A stretch of 64,000 nucleotides of DNA from Chitinophagaceae bacterium (GTDB taxonomy: Bacteria; Bacteroidota; Bacteroidia; Chitinophagales; Chitinophagaceae), in contig JANMBZ010000023.1 in assembly GCA_031360765.1 (NCBI GenBank), positions 15,016 to 79,015 of the forward strand. The letters run 5' to 3'. Position numbers and translations under genes: made by a program. Below, one piece after another: positions 48,556-59,080 of the stretch. Numbering within the stretch: position 1 is the first letter of the stretch; every line of letters begins with the position of its first letter. A model generated the notes under the pieces. That model saw only the letters and a program-made list of their open reading frames with translations. It was not told where the DNA came from and did no database searches.

Positions 48556-48697
48556 ACTGCAAAATTTCTGTTAAACAAAATTGGAATGATTGCTGCGCTG
48601 AAAGATATATTTTACAAATAAGATTGGTTCATCAATAGCAATTAAATTTGCCATCTTTAGTACGATGAAACATAAATTTTAAATACAGCAAAAACGA

Positions 48698-49105
48698 ATG
48701 AACCAACACATTGCCCACATAGCATTGGTAGTAAAAGATTACGATGAAGCCATCCAATTCTACACAAAAAAATTAAATTTTATTTTGCTGGAAGATACCA
48801 GGCTGAGCGAAACAAAACGCTGGGTAATGGTAAAGCCTGCAGGCGATGGCAATTGCTGTTTATTGCTTGCACAAGCAGCTACCGATGAACAAAAAAGCAG
48901 AATTGGCAACCAAACCGGTGGCAGGGTATTTTTATTTTTATATACAGATGATTTCTGGAGAGACTACAATAATATGCTTGAGCAAAAAATAAATTTTGTA
49001 CGTCTGCCTGTAAATGAACCTTATGGAACCGTTGCCGTATTTGAAGATTTATATGGCAATTTATGGGATTTAATACAACCAAAAACAAAAGTAAATGTGA
49101 ACTAA
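48698..49105 (+). CDS. VOC/glyoxalase family protein
   Basis: IALVVKDYDEA, EPYGTVAVFEDLYGN. Confidence 0.9.
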   Translation: MNQHIAHIALVVKDYDEAIQFYTKKLNFILLEDTRLSETKRWVMVKPAGDGNCCLLLAQAATDEQKSRIGNQTGGRVFLFLYTDDFWRDYNNMLEQKINFVRLPVNEPYGTVAVFEDLYGNLWDLIQPKTKVNVN

Positions 49106-49422
49106 ACGTTAACTAACAAGGAATTGGTTCTTCTAAAAAACCGTTTGGCGGTAATACAATTATTTTCTCCAAACCCTTTATTAACAGGCATTTCAGGCTG
49201 TGCTACTCCCGTTGGGAAAATCAATTTGCACCCCATGTTAGTTTGCATCACAAAAAAAACCGTTCTACTTTTACAGCATCAAAGCAATTAAAAATCTTTT
49301 AATTGAAACATACGGACCTGCTCCGCTTCTTTAATACTTGTTTGCTACCTGAAAAAATTTCCGATTGTTTACTATCAATTTTTTAAAACAACAGTTATTA
49401 GTAACCATTTAAATTAAACTTT

Positions 49423-49821
49423 ATGAAACAGATTAAATCAATTATCGCAATCGCCGTTTTTTCACTGTTATCTTTTACCAGTGTATTGGCCAACAAAACG
49501 CCCGACAGTATCTCAACCCTTCCGGTTGAATTAAATTACATGGGTGTTGTAAAAAATCAACCCTTGTTCGAGCTTAGTTTTTCAGGCTCCGAAGAAGAAA
49601 ATGAATTCAACATTACCATTGTTGATGAAAACGGTTATGTTTTTTACAATGAGAATGTAAAAGGCAAAAAATTTATTAAGCAATTTTTATTTAACGCCGA
49701 AGACCTGTCAAGCGCTAAAATTCATTTTGAAATTACAGGTAAAAAATCGGGCAAAACAGTAGTTTACAACATTAACCGTCAAACAAAAGTTATCGAAGAA
49801 ATTAATGTTATCAAGTCATAA
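49423..49821 (+). CDS. Small secreted beta-rich protein
   Basis: Signal peptide, Ig-like strand pattern. Confidence 0.7.
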   Translation: MKQIKSIIAIAVFSLLSFTSVLANKTPDSISTLPVELNYMGVVKNQPLFELSFSGSEEENEFNITIVDENGYVFYNENVKGKKFIKQFLFNAEDLSSAKIHFEITGKKSGKTVVYNINRQTKVIEEINVIKS

Positions 49822-49840
49822 GCCCGATATGAAAATTAAT

Positions 49841-49873
49841 AAAAATGTCCCGGCAAAACCGGGACATTTTTTT
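49841..49873. terminator. Bidirectional terminator between convergent genes
   Basis: AAAAATGTCCCGG-CAAAA-CCGGGACATTTTT. Confidence 0.85.
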
Positions 49874-49893
49874 TTGAGAAAATCAATTTTTGT

Positions 49894-51315
49894 TTATGGG
49901 AAAATACCAAGCTCGCTGTAACTGATAGCAACCTTATTGATGGCGCTAACATACGCCGCCGTACGCATATCCGGAATTTCAGGATTAGCTTTCCATATAT
50001 CCATAATTTCTCTGGTAGCAGCAATCATAGTTTCTTCCAATCCGCTATGCACCAGATCAACTTCATCAGGACCATGCATAATAAATTCTTTCTCCTTCTG
50101 ACTTACTTTTTTACCACTAAGCTCCTCAATCTGTCCTAAAATATGCGAATTCAGGTTTTCGGTAAAGCGTTTTTCCATACGGCCATAACGTACATGGCTT
50201 AAATTTTTCAACCACTCAAAATAACTTACCGTAACACCGCCTGCATTCAGGTACATATCAGGCACACACAAAATTCCTTTTTGTGCAAATATTTCATCTG
50301 CTTCTGGTGTACAAGGTCCGTTGGCTGCTTCGCCAATAATTTTTGCTTTCACCCTTGGTGCATTCTGGCCGTTAATAACATTTTCCAATGCTGCCGGTAT
50401 TAAAATATCACACTCCAGTTCCAGTGCATCGGTATTAATTGCCAGGTTGGTAGAACCAGGAAAATTTAAAATAGAACCAGTTGCCTTTCTATGTGCAAAA
50501 ACTTCTTCTTCATTCAATCCATCAGCATTAAAAATAGCACCTTCGTACTCTGCTATCGAAATTACTTTGGCTCCATGCTCACGGAAAAATTTAGCGCAAT
50601 AAAAACCCACATTACCCATACCCTGCACCACCACTGTCTTTCCTTCAATACCCACTGTTAATCCCTGCTTCGCCATTACATCTGCCATGTTACACACTTC
50701 ACGTATTCCAAAAAACACACCAAGGCCTGTTGCTTCGGTACGGCCACGTACGCCGCCCTGTGTTACGGGCTTACCGGTTACACAACCAGCAGCATCAATT
50801 TCGCCGGGTTTAAGCGATGCATACGTATCAACTATCCAGGCCATTTCCCTGGAGCCGGTTCCATAATCCGGCGCTGGCACATCAATACCAGGACCAATAA
50901 AATTTTTCTTAACTAATTCTGATGTATAGCGACGGGTAATTTTTTCCAGTTCGTACTCACTGTATTTTTTTGGATTGATTTTGATACCACCTTTACCACC
51001 GCCAAAAGGAACATTCACAATGGCGCATTTATAGGTCATTAAACTAGCTAATGCCATTACTTCATCCTGGTTAACTTCATCACTAAAACGAATACCGCCT
51101 TTGCAGGGCGCTTTGTGGTGACTGTGTTGTACACGATACGCCTCAATTACTTCAATACTTCCATCATCCCGCTTTACCGGAAAACGCATCTGGTAAACAC
51201 TGTTGCAGGCTTTAATCTGTTCTAAAATTCCCAAATCCCATTTGGTAAATTTGGCTGCTTTGTCAAAGCTTCTTTCCACACTCTGGAAAAAGCTGTATGG
51301 CTGGTTAGCACTCAT
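49894..51315 (-). CDS. gdhA: Glutamate dehydrogenase (Glu/Leu/Phe/Val family)
   Basis: PCKGGIR, FGGGKGG, DVPAPD, QGMGNVG, NAGGVTVSYFEW. Confidence 0.9.
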   Translation of the reverse strand: MSANQPYSFFQSVERSFDKAAKFTKWDLGILEQIKACNSVYQMRFPVKRDDGSIEVIEAYRVQHSHHKAPCKGGIRFSDEVNQDEVMALASLMTYKCAIVNVPFGGGKGGIKINPKKYSEYELEKITRRYTSELVKKNFIGPGIDVPAPDYGTGSREMAWIVDTYASLKPGEIDAAGCVTGKPVTQGGVRGRTEATGLGVFFGIREVCNMADVMAKQGLTVGIEGKTVVVQGMGNVGFYCAKFFREHGAKVISIAEYEGAIFNADGLNEEEVFAHRKATGSILNFPGSTNLAINTDALELECDILIPAALENVINGQNAPRVKAKIIGEAANGPCTPEADEIFAQKGILCVPDMYLNAGGVTVSYFEWLKNLSHVRYGRMEKRFTENLNSHILGQIEELSGKKVSQKEKEFIMHGPDEVDLVHSGLEETMIAATREIMDIWKANPEIPDMRTAAYVSAINKVAISYSELGIFP

Positions 51316-51388
51316 AAAATTGTTTTTATATTAGCAATCGTTATTGTAAAAAAGTTATTCGTTATTTGTTAATGGTTCATAATTTTCT

Positions 51389-51413
51389 GTCATGCTGAGG
51401 AACGAAGCATCTC
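51389..51413. repeat. REP-like element GTCATGCTGAGGAACGAAGCATCTC
   Basis: Resembles a recalled GTCATGCTGAGCG...GAAGCATCT intergenic repeat; single copy. Confidence 0.4.
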
Positions 51414-51516
51414 AGAAAACGAAGCAAGTTTTTTTTGAGCCAGTCATTTTTTCTCTCTTCCACTTCACAGGCGTCGCACTCTTGTACATTTGTTCTCTAT
51501 TCGGCACTGCTCCGTA

Positions 51517-51738
51517 TCAATCTTTTCCTTTTTCTAACCGGCTTATTTTTCTATCTAATAAAAATACATAAATGAACAACCCGATTAAAATGGTTAAGCA
51601 CACTGCTACAACCACATAAATTTTACCGTTCCCACGCATCACATCAGCCATCTCAGGTTTTGCATCTTGTGCAAAACAGGCAGCGCTCAACACAAAACAA
51701 AAAACACACAACAGCAAACGTAAAACTATCTTATTCAT
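51517..51738 (-). CDS. ccmD: CcmD-like small membrane protein
   Basis: GKIYVVVAV...LDRKISRLE, downstream of ccmC. Confidence 0.7.
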   Translation of the reverse strand: MNKIVLRLLLCVFCFVLSAACFAQDAKPEMADVMRGNGKIYVVVAVCLTILIGLFIYVFLLDRKISRLEKGKD

Positions 51739-52429
51739 TTATCAGTGTTTTATCTTTAATTAATTGTAAACGAATTTTTAAAGTGGTTATCCATACGCCC
51801 AGTAAAGTCCACCCAATTACAGCCGGGTAAAAAACCATGCGCAGGCGGCTGTCAATATCTTTAAAATTTAATGCCGGGTTTCCACTATCGCCACCAGGTG
51901 CACCTGGGTGCAAACTGCCAACCAGCCTGGGTATTATCCATATGCTTGGGAACAGCATAGCAAATGCAAAAATATTATACACCGCACTTATACGGGCTTT
52001 TTTATCCATATCGGTAAACGATCCCCGTAAAACAAAATAGGCTCCGTAAATTAATAAGGCAATGGCGGCGCCAATCAGCTTTGGCTCTTTTAAAATGCTG
52101 CCCAGGCTCTGGCTTTGATCGGAAACCCAGGTATAATTAGCCCAGATGGTGCCGGTTGCATAACCCAATATGCCAAAAAAGGAACCCACGGCTGCATAGT
52201 TATGTGCAAAAATATCGTTACGCAGATTAAAGCCACGCAGGTATTTAATACTGTAAACAAAGCTGGTACCAAATAGTATCATCATACCAAACCACATACA
52301 CACATGAAAATACAGGTTACGGATTGTTTCGTTTAAAATAAACAACTTTGGTACATCCATTAAAAAACCTCCCACAACCGTGTAGACCAATAAAAGAAAG
52401 GATAATATTTTCCACCAGTTTTTTTGCAA
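51731..52429 (-). CDS. ccmC: Heme exporter CcmC (WWD domain)
   Basis: RNLYFHV, GTIWANYTW, SLHP. Confidence 0.85.
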   Translation of the reverse strand: MQKNWWKILSFLLLVYTVVGGFLMDVPKLFILNETIRNLYFHVCMWFGMMILFGTSFVYSIKYLRGFNLRNDIFAHNYAAVGSFFGILGYATGTIWANYTWVSDQSQSLGSILKEPKLIGAAIALLIYGAYFVLRGSFTDMDKKARISAVYNIFAFAMLFPSIWIIPRLVGSLHPGAPGGDSGNPALNFKDIDSRLRMVFYPAVIGWTLLGVWITTLKIRLQLIKDKTLINE

Positions 52430-52556
52430 ACAAAAAAGGGATTTATTGAGGGGGCAAAGATAGGGAAGTTAAAAGTTAATTATTAGCTGTTTAGTGTTAG
52501 TTTTTTTCTATTTTGAATATGATTTGCATCATTCACAATCCCAGGACCTTTAAGGT

Positions 52557-53216
52557 CTAATCCTTCCATAAATAAGGAAATAATATTACCGCCATCGCAA
52601 TAACGAGCACATCAAGCCCCATAATTAATGCCGATAGCTGCATAACCGCTCCTTCTCTGAATACTTCTGCAAATGCAGCTTTGCTTAATCTCATCAGTAA
52701 TAAAAGCTGTGGTAGTATTACCGGAAACCCTAAAATGGCTATCAGTGCTGCGTTTTGCTGGGCCTTGGCAGCAATGGCACTCATTAATGTAAACACAATG
52801 CTAATGCTGGCCCCGCCCAAAACAGTAATGCCCACAAACCACAAACTATTCTGTAATGGATTGTTTAAAAAGATGGTGAAAAGCAACAAACTCAACAGAC
52901 TCATCAAAATCATCAGCAGCAGGTTGTAAATCATTTTAGCGATAATAAATTCAACCGGTGATGCTATTGAATAAAAATACAACATACGCCCACGGCTTTC
53001 CTGCAAAAAACTTTTGGCAACCGCATTAACACATATAAATAACTGGATGGTCCAGAACAGACCGTTCCAAACATTGGCATCGGGATTATCAATAGATAAA
53101 TATAAAACGAAAATAGTGGACGCTATATATAAGAGTATGCCGTAAAAAGTATGTTTCTGCCTCAACTCAAGCAGTATATCTTTACTCAATAAGGCATAAA
53201 TCCTTTTCATCATCAC
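52557..53216 (-). CDS. ccmB: Heme exporter CcmB
   Basis: KDILLELR, six TMs, ILGFPVILP. Confidence 0.85.
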   Translation of the reverse strand: MMMKRIYALLSKDILLELRQKHTFYGILLYIASTIFVLYLSIDNPDANVWNGLFWTIQLFICVNAVAKSFLQESRGRMLYFYSIASPVEFIIAKMIYNLLLMILMSLLSLLLFTIFLNNPLQNSLWFVGITVLGGASISIVFTLMSAIAAKAQQNAALIAILGFPVILPQLLLLMRLSKAAFAEVFREGAVMQLSALIMGLDVLVIAMAVILFPYLWKD

Positions 53217-53314
53217 CGCAAATTACTAACATTAAATAAAAGCATCTTTATTTTTACTTTAAAGCATCAATAATTTTTTACTTTTAATTATCCTTAACGG
53301 CTTAATTTAAAAAT

Positions 53315-54376
53315 ATGAGAAAACAACTTTATCAAATTTTATCGGTAACTCTTTTAATAAGTTTTCTTTACTCCTGTAAAAAAGATACACCCACACCAGC
53401 TCCAATAACGCCTCCCGTACCCATCGTTATTGCCCCGCCACCGGCTTTTGGATTTTACGTGGTTGGGTATTTTCCAACTTACAGAACGGTAGCCACTGTA
53501 CCCGATGTAAAGTTTAGAATGTGCAATGTTATTAATTATGCCTTTGCAACGGTTAACAGCACAGGCAATGCCGTGCTGGGCAATGGCGCTCATTTAACCG
53601 AAGTAAAAAATAAAGCCCGGGCCAACGGCGCAAAAATATTTTTAAGTGTAAGTGGCCTTGCAGCTGATTTTAAAAACATGGCATCTACCGGAACCGGCAG
53701 AACAACATTTATTACCGAGTTGATGAGCCTGGTAAGAAATTATGGCCTGGATGGTGTGGATATGGATTGGGAATTTCCACGTACCGATGATGGCACCGAT
53801 GTAACATATACCGCATTAATGAAACAGTTAAGTGATAGCTGCCATACCGGAAGCAAATATTATTTAACCGCCGCCATTACGGCCGGCAAGTATGCAGGTG
53901 CTGTACGAGATGCTATAAAAAGCGAATTGTGGCAGGGCAATTATGTAGATTGGTTTAATATTATGAGTTACGACGACTTTAGCACAACAATACCCTACCG
54001 CCAGCATTGCGATTATACCCTGGCCACTACCAGCATTAATTACTGGGTTACAACCCGTGGCTTACCAGCATCCAAAGCCGTGCTGGGTATTGCAGGTTAT
54101 GGAAGACCGAGTGGCATAACACAATCCAATACAGTACTTAGCTTTAGCGATATATTGTTAAGAGGTGGTAACCCTCAATCAGACTCTGCAGTGGTTACAA
54201 ATGGCGGTTTTACCAATTACACCATTTATTACAATGGATTATTTACTGTAAAAAAGAAAGCCATGCTGGCTAAACAAAATGCAAACGGTATTATGCTTTG
54301 GGAAAAAAGCCAGGATGCCCACGACAACAACTCTTTGTTGAAAGCGGTTTGCGATACAATAGGAAGGCCTTATTAA
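53315..54376 (+). CDS. GH18 chitinase-like lipoprotein
   Basis: LYSC lipobox, DGVDMDWEFP, IMSYD, GIMLW. Confidence 0.9.
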   Translation: MRKQLYQILSVTLLISFLYSCKKDTPTPAPITPPVPIVIAPPPAFGFYVVGYFPTYRTVATVPDVKFRMCNVINYAFATVNSTGNAVLGNGAHLTEVKNKARANGAKIFLSVSGLAADFKNMASTGTGRTTFITELMSLVRNYGLDGVDMDWEFPRTDDGTDVTYTALMKQLSDSCHTGSKYYLTAAITAGKYAGAVRDAIKSELWQGNYVDWFNIMSYDDFSTTIPYRQHCDYTLATTSINYWVTTRGLPASKAVLGIAGYGRPSGITQSNTVLSFSDILLRGGNPQSDSAVVTNGGFTNYTIYYNGLFTVKKKAMLAKQNANGIMLWEKSQDAHDNNSLLKAVCDTIGRPY

Positions 54377-54394
54377 ATTTTATAAGCCTGCGTT

Positions 54395-55063
54395 TTATTT
54401 AATGGCAAAAGTTAATCCGGCCAGGATAGAAAATGAATTGGTTTTAATGGTTCCGCTTTCAGAAGCCTGCGGTTTATAAATATTTGCAAGGCCTAAATTA
54501 TCCCTGATACCAAGGTCGAGCTTAATTTTTGAAGTTAGTAGAATTTGCAGACCGGCTCCCGCTGAAACCCCAAAATTTATTGATTTGCGGTTTGTTAGCG
54601 CAAATGTATGGGTAGAAGCAACAGGCTCTTTTATTTTTTGAACCGCAGTAGACTTTAATAAATAACCGGCAAAAAAACCTGCATCTACATTGAATTTTAC
54701 CTTTTTTCCAAAGCTGTATTCTGCAACAACGGGCAGGTTTAAATAATTTAATTTTTCCAATAAATCGCCGGTACCCAAATCATTACCCCCATCATTTGTA
54801 AAAGTTAAAGACCGGTAGGCCATGCCATTCTGATCGTAAGCCAACATTGCTTTTACAGCAAAATGCTGGTTCATTTTCATTTTAAAATGTACCCCAACAT
54901 GCAAACCGGCAATGGTACCTGCATATTTCTTTAACCCGCTGTTTCCATAAACAGCATTAATATTTACACCACTTTGAAAGCCAAATTCAATGGGATTGTT
55001 TTGAGCCCTTGCACAAAAAAGAGATTGTAAAAAAAGGAAGCTTAGAAAAATATATTTTTTCAT
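54395..55063 (-). CDS. Outer-membrane beta-barrel (porin family) protein
   Basis: Signal peptide, LNYLNLP, terminal strand. Confidence 0.8.
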   Translation of the reverse strand: MKKYIFLSFLFLQSLFCARAQNNPIEFGFQSGVNINAVYGNSGLKKYAGTIAGLHVGVHFKMKMNQHFAVKAMLAYDQNGMAYRSLTFTNDGGNDLGTGDLLEKLNYLNLPVVAEYSFGKKVKFNVDAGFFAGYLLKSTAVQKIKEPVASTHTFALTNRKSINFGVSAGAGLQILLTSKIKLDLGIRDNLGLANIYKPQASESGTIKTNSFSILAGLTFAIK

Positions 55064-55168
55064 TGAGTAAGTTTTAAAATAAGCTATTAAATATCTACCG
55101 GTACACTGAGCAATAACTTTAAATTCACAAGCAACACAACAACTATTTTTAAACCTTTATTTCCATTA

Positions 55169-55735
55169 TTATTTTAACTGGGCACAATGCCTGCACCTGG
55201 GCTCATAAATATCTTTTTCGCCCAAAAGTACCTGTGGCCCTTCGGCTACCTTGCGGTAACTCACATTTGCAATATTGCCGCAAACCTGGCAAATGGCGTG
55301 CAGTTTGGTTATATAATCTGCCTTGGCAAGGAGGTTAGGCATTTGGCCAAAAGGTTTGCCCAGGTAATCCATATCAAGACCGGCAACTATAACCCTGATG
55401 CCTCTCAGGGCAAGCTGCTCACATACATTAGCAATTTCTGCATCAAAAAACTGGGCTTCGTCAATGCCCACCACATCTACATCCTGGGCCAGCAGCAGCA
55501 CCGCCTGGGAGCTGTCAACCGGAGTAGAATGTATGGCATTTGTATCATGACTAACAATTTTCTGCTCATCATAACGTACATCAATGGATGGTTTAAAAAT
55601 CTCAACTTTTAAGTTTGCAATTTTTACCCTTTTCAATCTTCGTATCAGTTCTTCTGTTTTTCCGCTGAACATGCTGCCGCAAATCACTTCAATCCAACCT
55701 CTCCGTTCTCCTTTTAAATTAGGCTCTATAAACAT
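55169..55735 (-). CDS. tdk: Thymidine kinase
   Basis: [31 protein letters not shown]. Confidence 0.95.
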   Translation of the reverse strand: MFIEPNLKGERRGWIEVICGSMFSGKTEELIRRLKRVKIANLKVEIFKPSIDVRYDEQKIVSHDTNAIHSTPVDSSQAVLLLAQDVDVVGIDEAQFFDAEIANVCEQLALRGIRVIVAGLDMDYLGKPFGQMPNLLAKADYITKLHAICQVCGNIANVSYRKVAEGPQVLLGEKDIYEPRCRHCAQLK

Positions 55736-55835
55736 TTAAGTATTTTTTTTAAAAATCAGTTAGTAACTTAGGGGCCGCAGTTAAATTATAAGCGCCTCAT
55801 CATTCTAGGATTGGCATCAAAAGTATAATAATATC

Positions 55836-56594
55836 ATGGAAAGAGTGGAAACACTCATAAAAAAGTTACAGGACCAGTTTGCACAAAATGCTAAGGCAGA
55901 TCAGTTGTTGCTTACCGTTCAGATGTTACAGGCAGAACTACTGCACCTGCAGCAAAATAATGCGCCGGCTTTTCAACAGGAATCTGTTGCTGTAACGGTT
56001 TCAAATCAGTTTAACCAATTTGAAGCCGCTTTAAAAAATAATATTACAGAACCGGTAATTGAAGAAAAAACTGTTGAGATTTTACAGGTAGATGAAGCTG
56101 AAATAGAAGCTGAACTTGAAGAAATTAAACGCAATGCAGAATCTTTACAACAGATTAGTGTACACACTAAGCCTCATATTGTTTTTGAGCCAGAAGAAGA
56201 TATCCCTACACTTATGCAGCAGCAGGATTATAAACCTCAGCAAAAAAAAGAAGATGTAGCCAAAGAAATTAATGAGCTGGCCGCAAACAATCATGCATCG
56301 TTAAATGAAAAATTAAAACAATCAAAAATTGATTTAGGAGAAACACTTACTGAAACACCGGTAAGGGATTTGAGAAAAGCAATTGGTGTAAACGACCGGT
56401 ATTTATTTATTAATGAATTGTTCCGCGGCGATGAGGTTGCTTATGAACGCAGCATAAAAACCATTAACAGTTTTTCTATTTTTGCCGAGGCAGAATATTG
56501 GATACAAAGAGAATTGAAAGTAAAGAACGGATGGGATCCTAACAACGAAATGGTTACTCAGTTTTATCAACTGGTTAAAAGGCGTTTTTCCTGA
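55836..56594 (+). CDS. Conserved Bacteroidota hypothetical protein
   Basis: C-terminal DLRKAIGVNDRYLFINELF...RRF. Confidence 0.75.
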   Translation: MERVETLIKKLQDQFAQNAKADQLLLTVQMLQAELLHLQQNNAPAFQQESVAVTVSNQFNQFEAALKNNITEPVIEEKTVEILQVDEAEIEAELEEIKRNAESLQQISVHTKPHIVFEPEEDIPTLMQQQDYKPQQKKEDVAKEINELAANNHASLNEKLKQSKIDLGETLTETPVRDLRKAIGVNDRYLFINELFRGDEVAYERSIKTINSFSIFAEAEYWIQRELKVKNGWDPNNEMVTQFYQLVKRRFS

Positions 56595-57838
56595 ATAAAC
56601 TCAATTATTTTTTTTGATGCTCCGGCATTTTCATACACAAATTTTTTAGCCGCTACACCCATTTTAGTTCTCTCCGCTTCATTATTCAACAAACCATTAA
56701 AAACAGTTTCCAGTTTAACCGGTCCGCCATCAATACTAACAGCTCCGCCGGCATTTACTAACCCAATTGCTTCATCAAATTTTTCATAAACAGGGCCAAA
56801 CACAACAGGCTTCCCGTACACGGCTGCTTCTAGTACATTGTGTACACCATCGGCGCCATATCCGCCACCAACATAGGTTACAGTTGCATACTTGTACAAG
56901 CGTGATAGCATACCAATGTTGTCTATTATCAAAATATTCTGTAGTCCGTTGTCAGGCTTATGTTGTCCGTTCTCCAATTCAGAATAAAATATTGAACGGG
57001 GAAATTCTTCTTTCACATCTTTTAAATTAGCCTTATCAATTTCGTGTGGCGCAATAATAAACTTTACATTTTTATGTACGTTTACAAAGTGCAGCAATTC
57101 TATTTCATCTTCTTCCCAGGTGCTGCCGGCAACAATCACCACATCATTACCACAAAATTTTTCAATGCCTGCAACGGGTGTAAAATTTTCTGCAATTTCC
57201 AACACACGATCAAAACGTGTATCACCATTCTGTGTTACATTTTCTTTAAAGCCAAGTGTTACCAGCAATTGTTTCGACTCATTATTCTGCACAAAAAAAT
57301 GCGTAAAGCTTTGCAGCATTTTTCTCCATATATCTCCATACCACTTAAAGAAAGGCTGGTTTTTGCGAAAGATGCCTGACACAAGCAGTGTAGGTATATT
57401 TCTCTTTTTTATTTCCGTTAGATAATAAAACCAATATTCGTATTTAACCCAAAGCACCAAATACGGATTAACTGCATCTAAAAAATATTTTGCATTAGCC
57501 GGTGAATCCATAGGCAGGTAAAAAACAAAATCAGCTCCTTTATAATTCTTCATAACCTCATATCCGCTCGGCGAAAAAAAAGTGAGTATAATTTTTTGCT
57601 GAGGATTTACTGCTTTTAATTCTTCCAGCAACGGCCTGCCCTGCTCAAATTCGCCCAGGCTGGCGCAATGCATCCAGATAGGTTGGGTGCTGAGTGTTGA
57701 AAGTTTTGAATTGATAGTATCAAAGATATCTTTGCGGCCATTAATCCATTTTCTGGCTTTTGGGTTTGCAATGGCAGCCACACGTATGCCCACTGAATAC
57801 AGCAGCAAAAAAAGGTTATATAAAAATTTACCTGTCAT
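56567..57838 (-). CDS. waaA: Kdo transferase
   Basis: WMHCASLGEFEQ, YLPMD, GDTRFD, HNVLEAA. Confidence 0.92.
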   Translation of the reverse strand: MTGKFLYNLFLLLYSVGIRVAAIANPKARKWINGRKDIFDTINSKLSTLSTQPIWMHCASLGEFEQGRPLLEELKAVNPQQKIILTFFSPSGYEVMKNYKGADFVFYLPMDSPANAKYFLDAVNPYLVLWVKYEYWFYYLTEIKKRNIPTLLVSGIFRKNQPFFKWYGDIWRKMLQSFTHFFVQNNESKQLLVTLGFKENVTQNGDTRFDRVLEIAENFTPVAGIEKFCGNDVVIVAGSTWEEDEIELLHFVNVHKNVKFIIAPHEIDKANLKDVKEEFPRSIFYSELENGQHKPDNGLQNILIIDNIGMLSRLYKYATVTYVGGGYGADGVHNVLEAAVYGKPVVFGPVYEKFDEAIGLVNAGGAVSIDGGPVKLETVFNGLLNNEAERTKMGVAAKKFVYENAGASKKIIEFIQEKRLLTS

Positions 57839-57946
57839 TAAAATTGTAACAAATCTAATGGCATTTTCTTTAAATAGAGTTGCTATGCTTCAAATTCTTC
57901 ATTCCTGCTGCAATCCTTATCTTTGCGGCGCATAAAATATACATAT

Positions 57947-59077
57947 ATGAGGCCTTTGCAAATGGTTGATACCAAAACCCAATACCTGAAAATAAAAACC
58001 GAAGTAGATGCTGCTGTAATAGCAGTTATGGAAAGCTCCATGTTCATCGGTGGTAAAGTAGTAAATGACTTTGCAGAAAACCTGGCAAAATACCACGGCA
58101 GCAAGCATTGTATTCCCTGTGCCAATGGTACCGATGCTTTGCAGATAGCCATGATGGCACTGGGTTTGCAGCCTGGCGATGAGGTCATCACACCTTCCTT
58201 TACTTATATTGCCACGGTTGAAGTGGCTGCTTTGCTAAACATTAAGCCAGTTTTTGTAGAGGTAAATCCAAAAACGTTTTGTATAGATCCTGAGGCTATT
58301 GAAAAAGCGATCACTCCAAAAACAAAAGCCATTGTGCCGGTACATTTATATGGCCATGCGGCCGATATGGAAAAAATTATGGCGATAGCTGCCAAATATA
58401 ATCTACCGGTTATAGAAGATAATGCGCAGGCCATTGGCAACGATTATACATTTAGCGATGGTACTGTAAAAAAAACAGGCTCTATCGGGCAGATTGGTTG
58501 CACCTCTTTTTATCCATCCAAAAACCTGGGTGCTTTTGGCGATGGCGGTGCCATGTTTACCGATGATGATGAGCTGGCAGCTAAATTAAAAATGATAGCA
58601 TCGCACGGGCAAAGCAAACGCTATTACCACGATGTAGTTGGCTGCAACAGCAGGCTTGATGCGATGCAGGCTGCAATTCTCGATATTAAATTAAGGCACT
58701 TAGATGAATACATTGCTGCCCGTAGAAAAGCCGCCGAATTTTATGATAAAGCTTTTGCAGAAAATAAATTGGTAACTATTCCGTTTAGAGATGGCAATAA
58801 TAATCACGTTTTTCATCAATATACTTTAACGTTGAATGGGGTTGATCGTGACGGACTGAATCAATACCTGGCCGATGAAGGAGTACCATCTATGATCTAT
58901 TATCCGGTACCAGCGCATAGGCAAAAAATGTTTGATGCATTTGGCGGCAGCGATTTTAATTTAGAAGTAACGGATTGGTTAACAGAAAGAGTAATTTCTT
59001 TACCCATACACACTGAGTTGGATGAAGAGCAACAAACATTTATTGTAAATAAAGTTTTAGAATTTATAAACAAATAA
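57947..59077 (+). CDS. DegT/DnrJ/EryC1/StrS sugar aminotransferase
   Basis: NGTDAL, EDNAQA, SFYPSKNLG; TATCTTTG -7 motif at 57918. Confidence 0.9.
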   Translation: MRPLQMVDTKTQYLKIKTEVDAAVIAVMESSMFIGGKVVNDFAENLAKYHGSKHCIPCANGTDALQIAMMALGLQPGDEVITPSFTYIATVEVAALLNIKPVFVEVNPKTFCIDPEAIEKAITPKTKAIVPVHLYGHAADMEKIMAIAAKYNLPVIEDNAQAIGNDYTFSDGTVKKTGSIGQIGCTSFYPSKNLGAFGDGGAMFTDDDELAAKLKMIASHGQSKRYYHDVVGCNSRLDAMQAAILDIKLRHLDEYIAARRKAAEFYDKAFAENKLVTIPFRDGNNNHVFHQYTLTLNGVDRDGLNQYLADEGVPSMIYYPVPAHRQKMFDAFGGSDFNLEVTDWLTERVISLPIHTELDEEQQTFIVNKVLEFINK

Positions 59078-59080
59078 CAA

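Noticed and set aside
56567-56594. 28-nt convergent overlap between waaA and the hypothetical gene
   Set aside because: Short 3' overlaps are common; nothing suggests a special function
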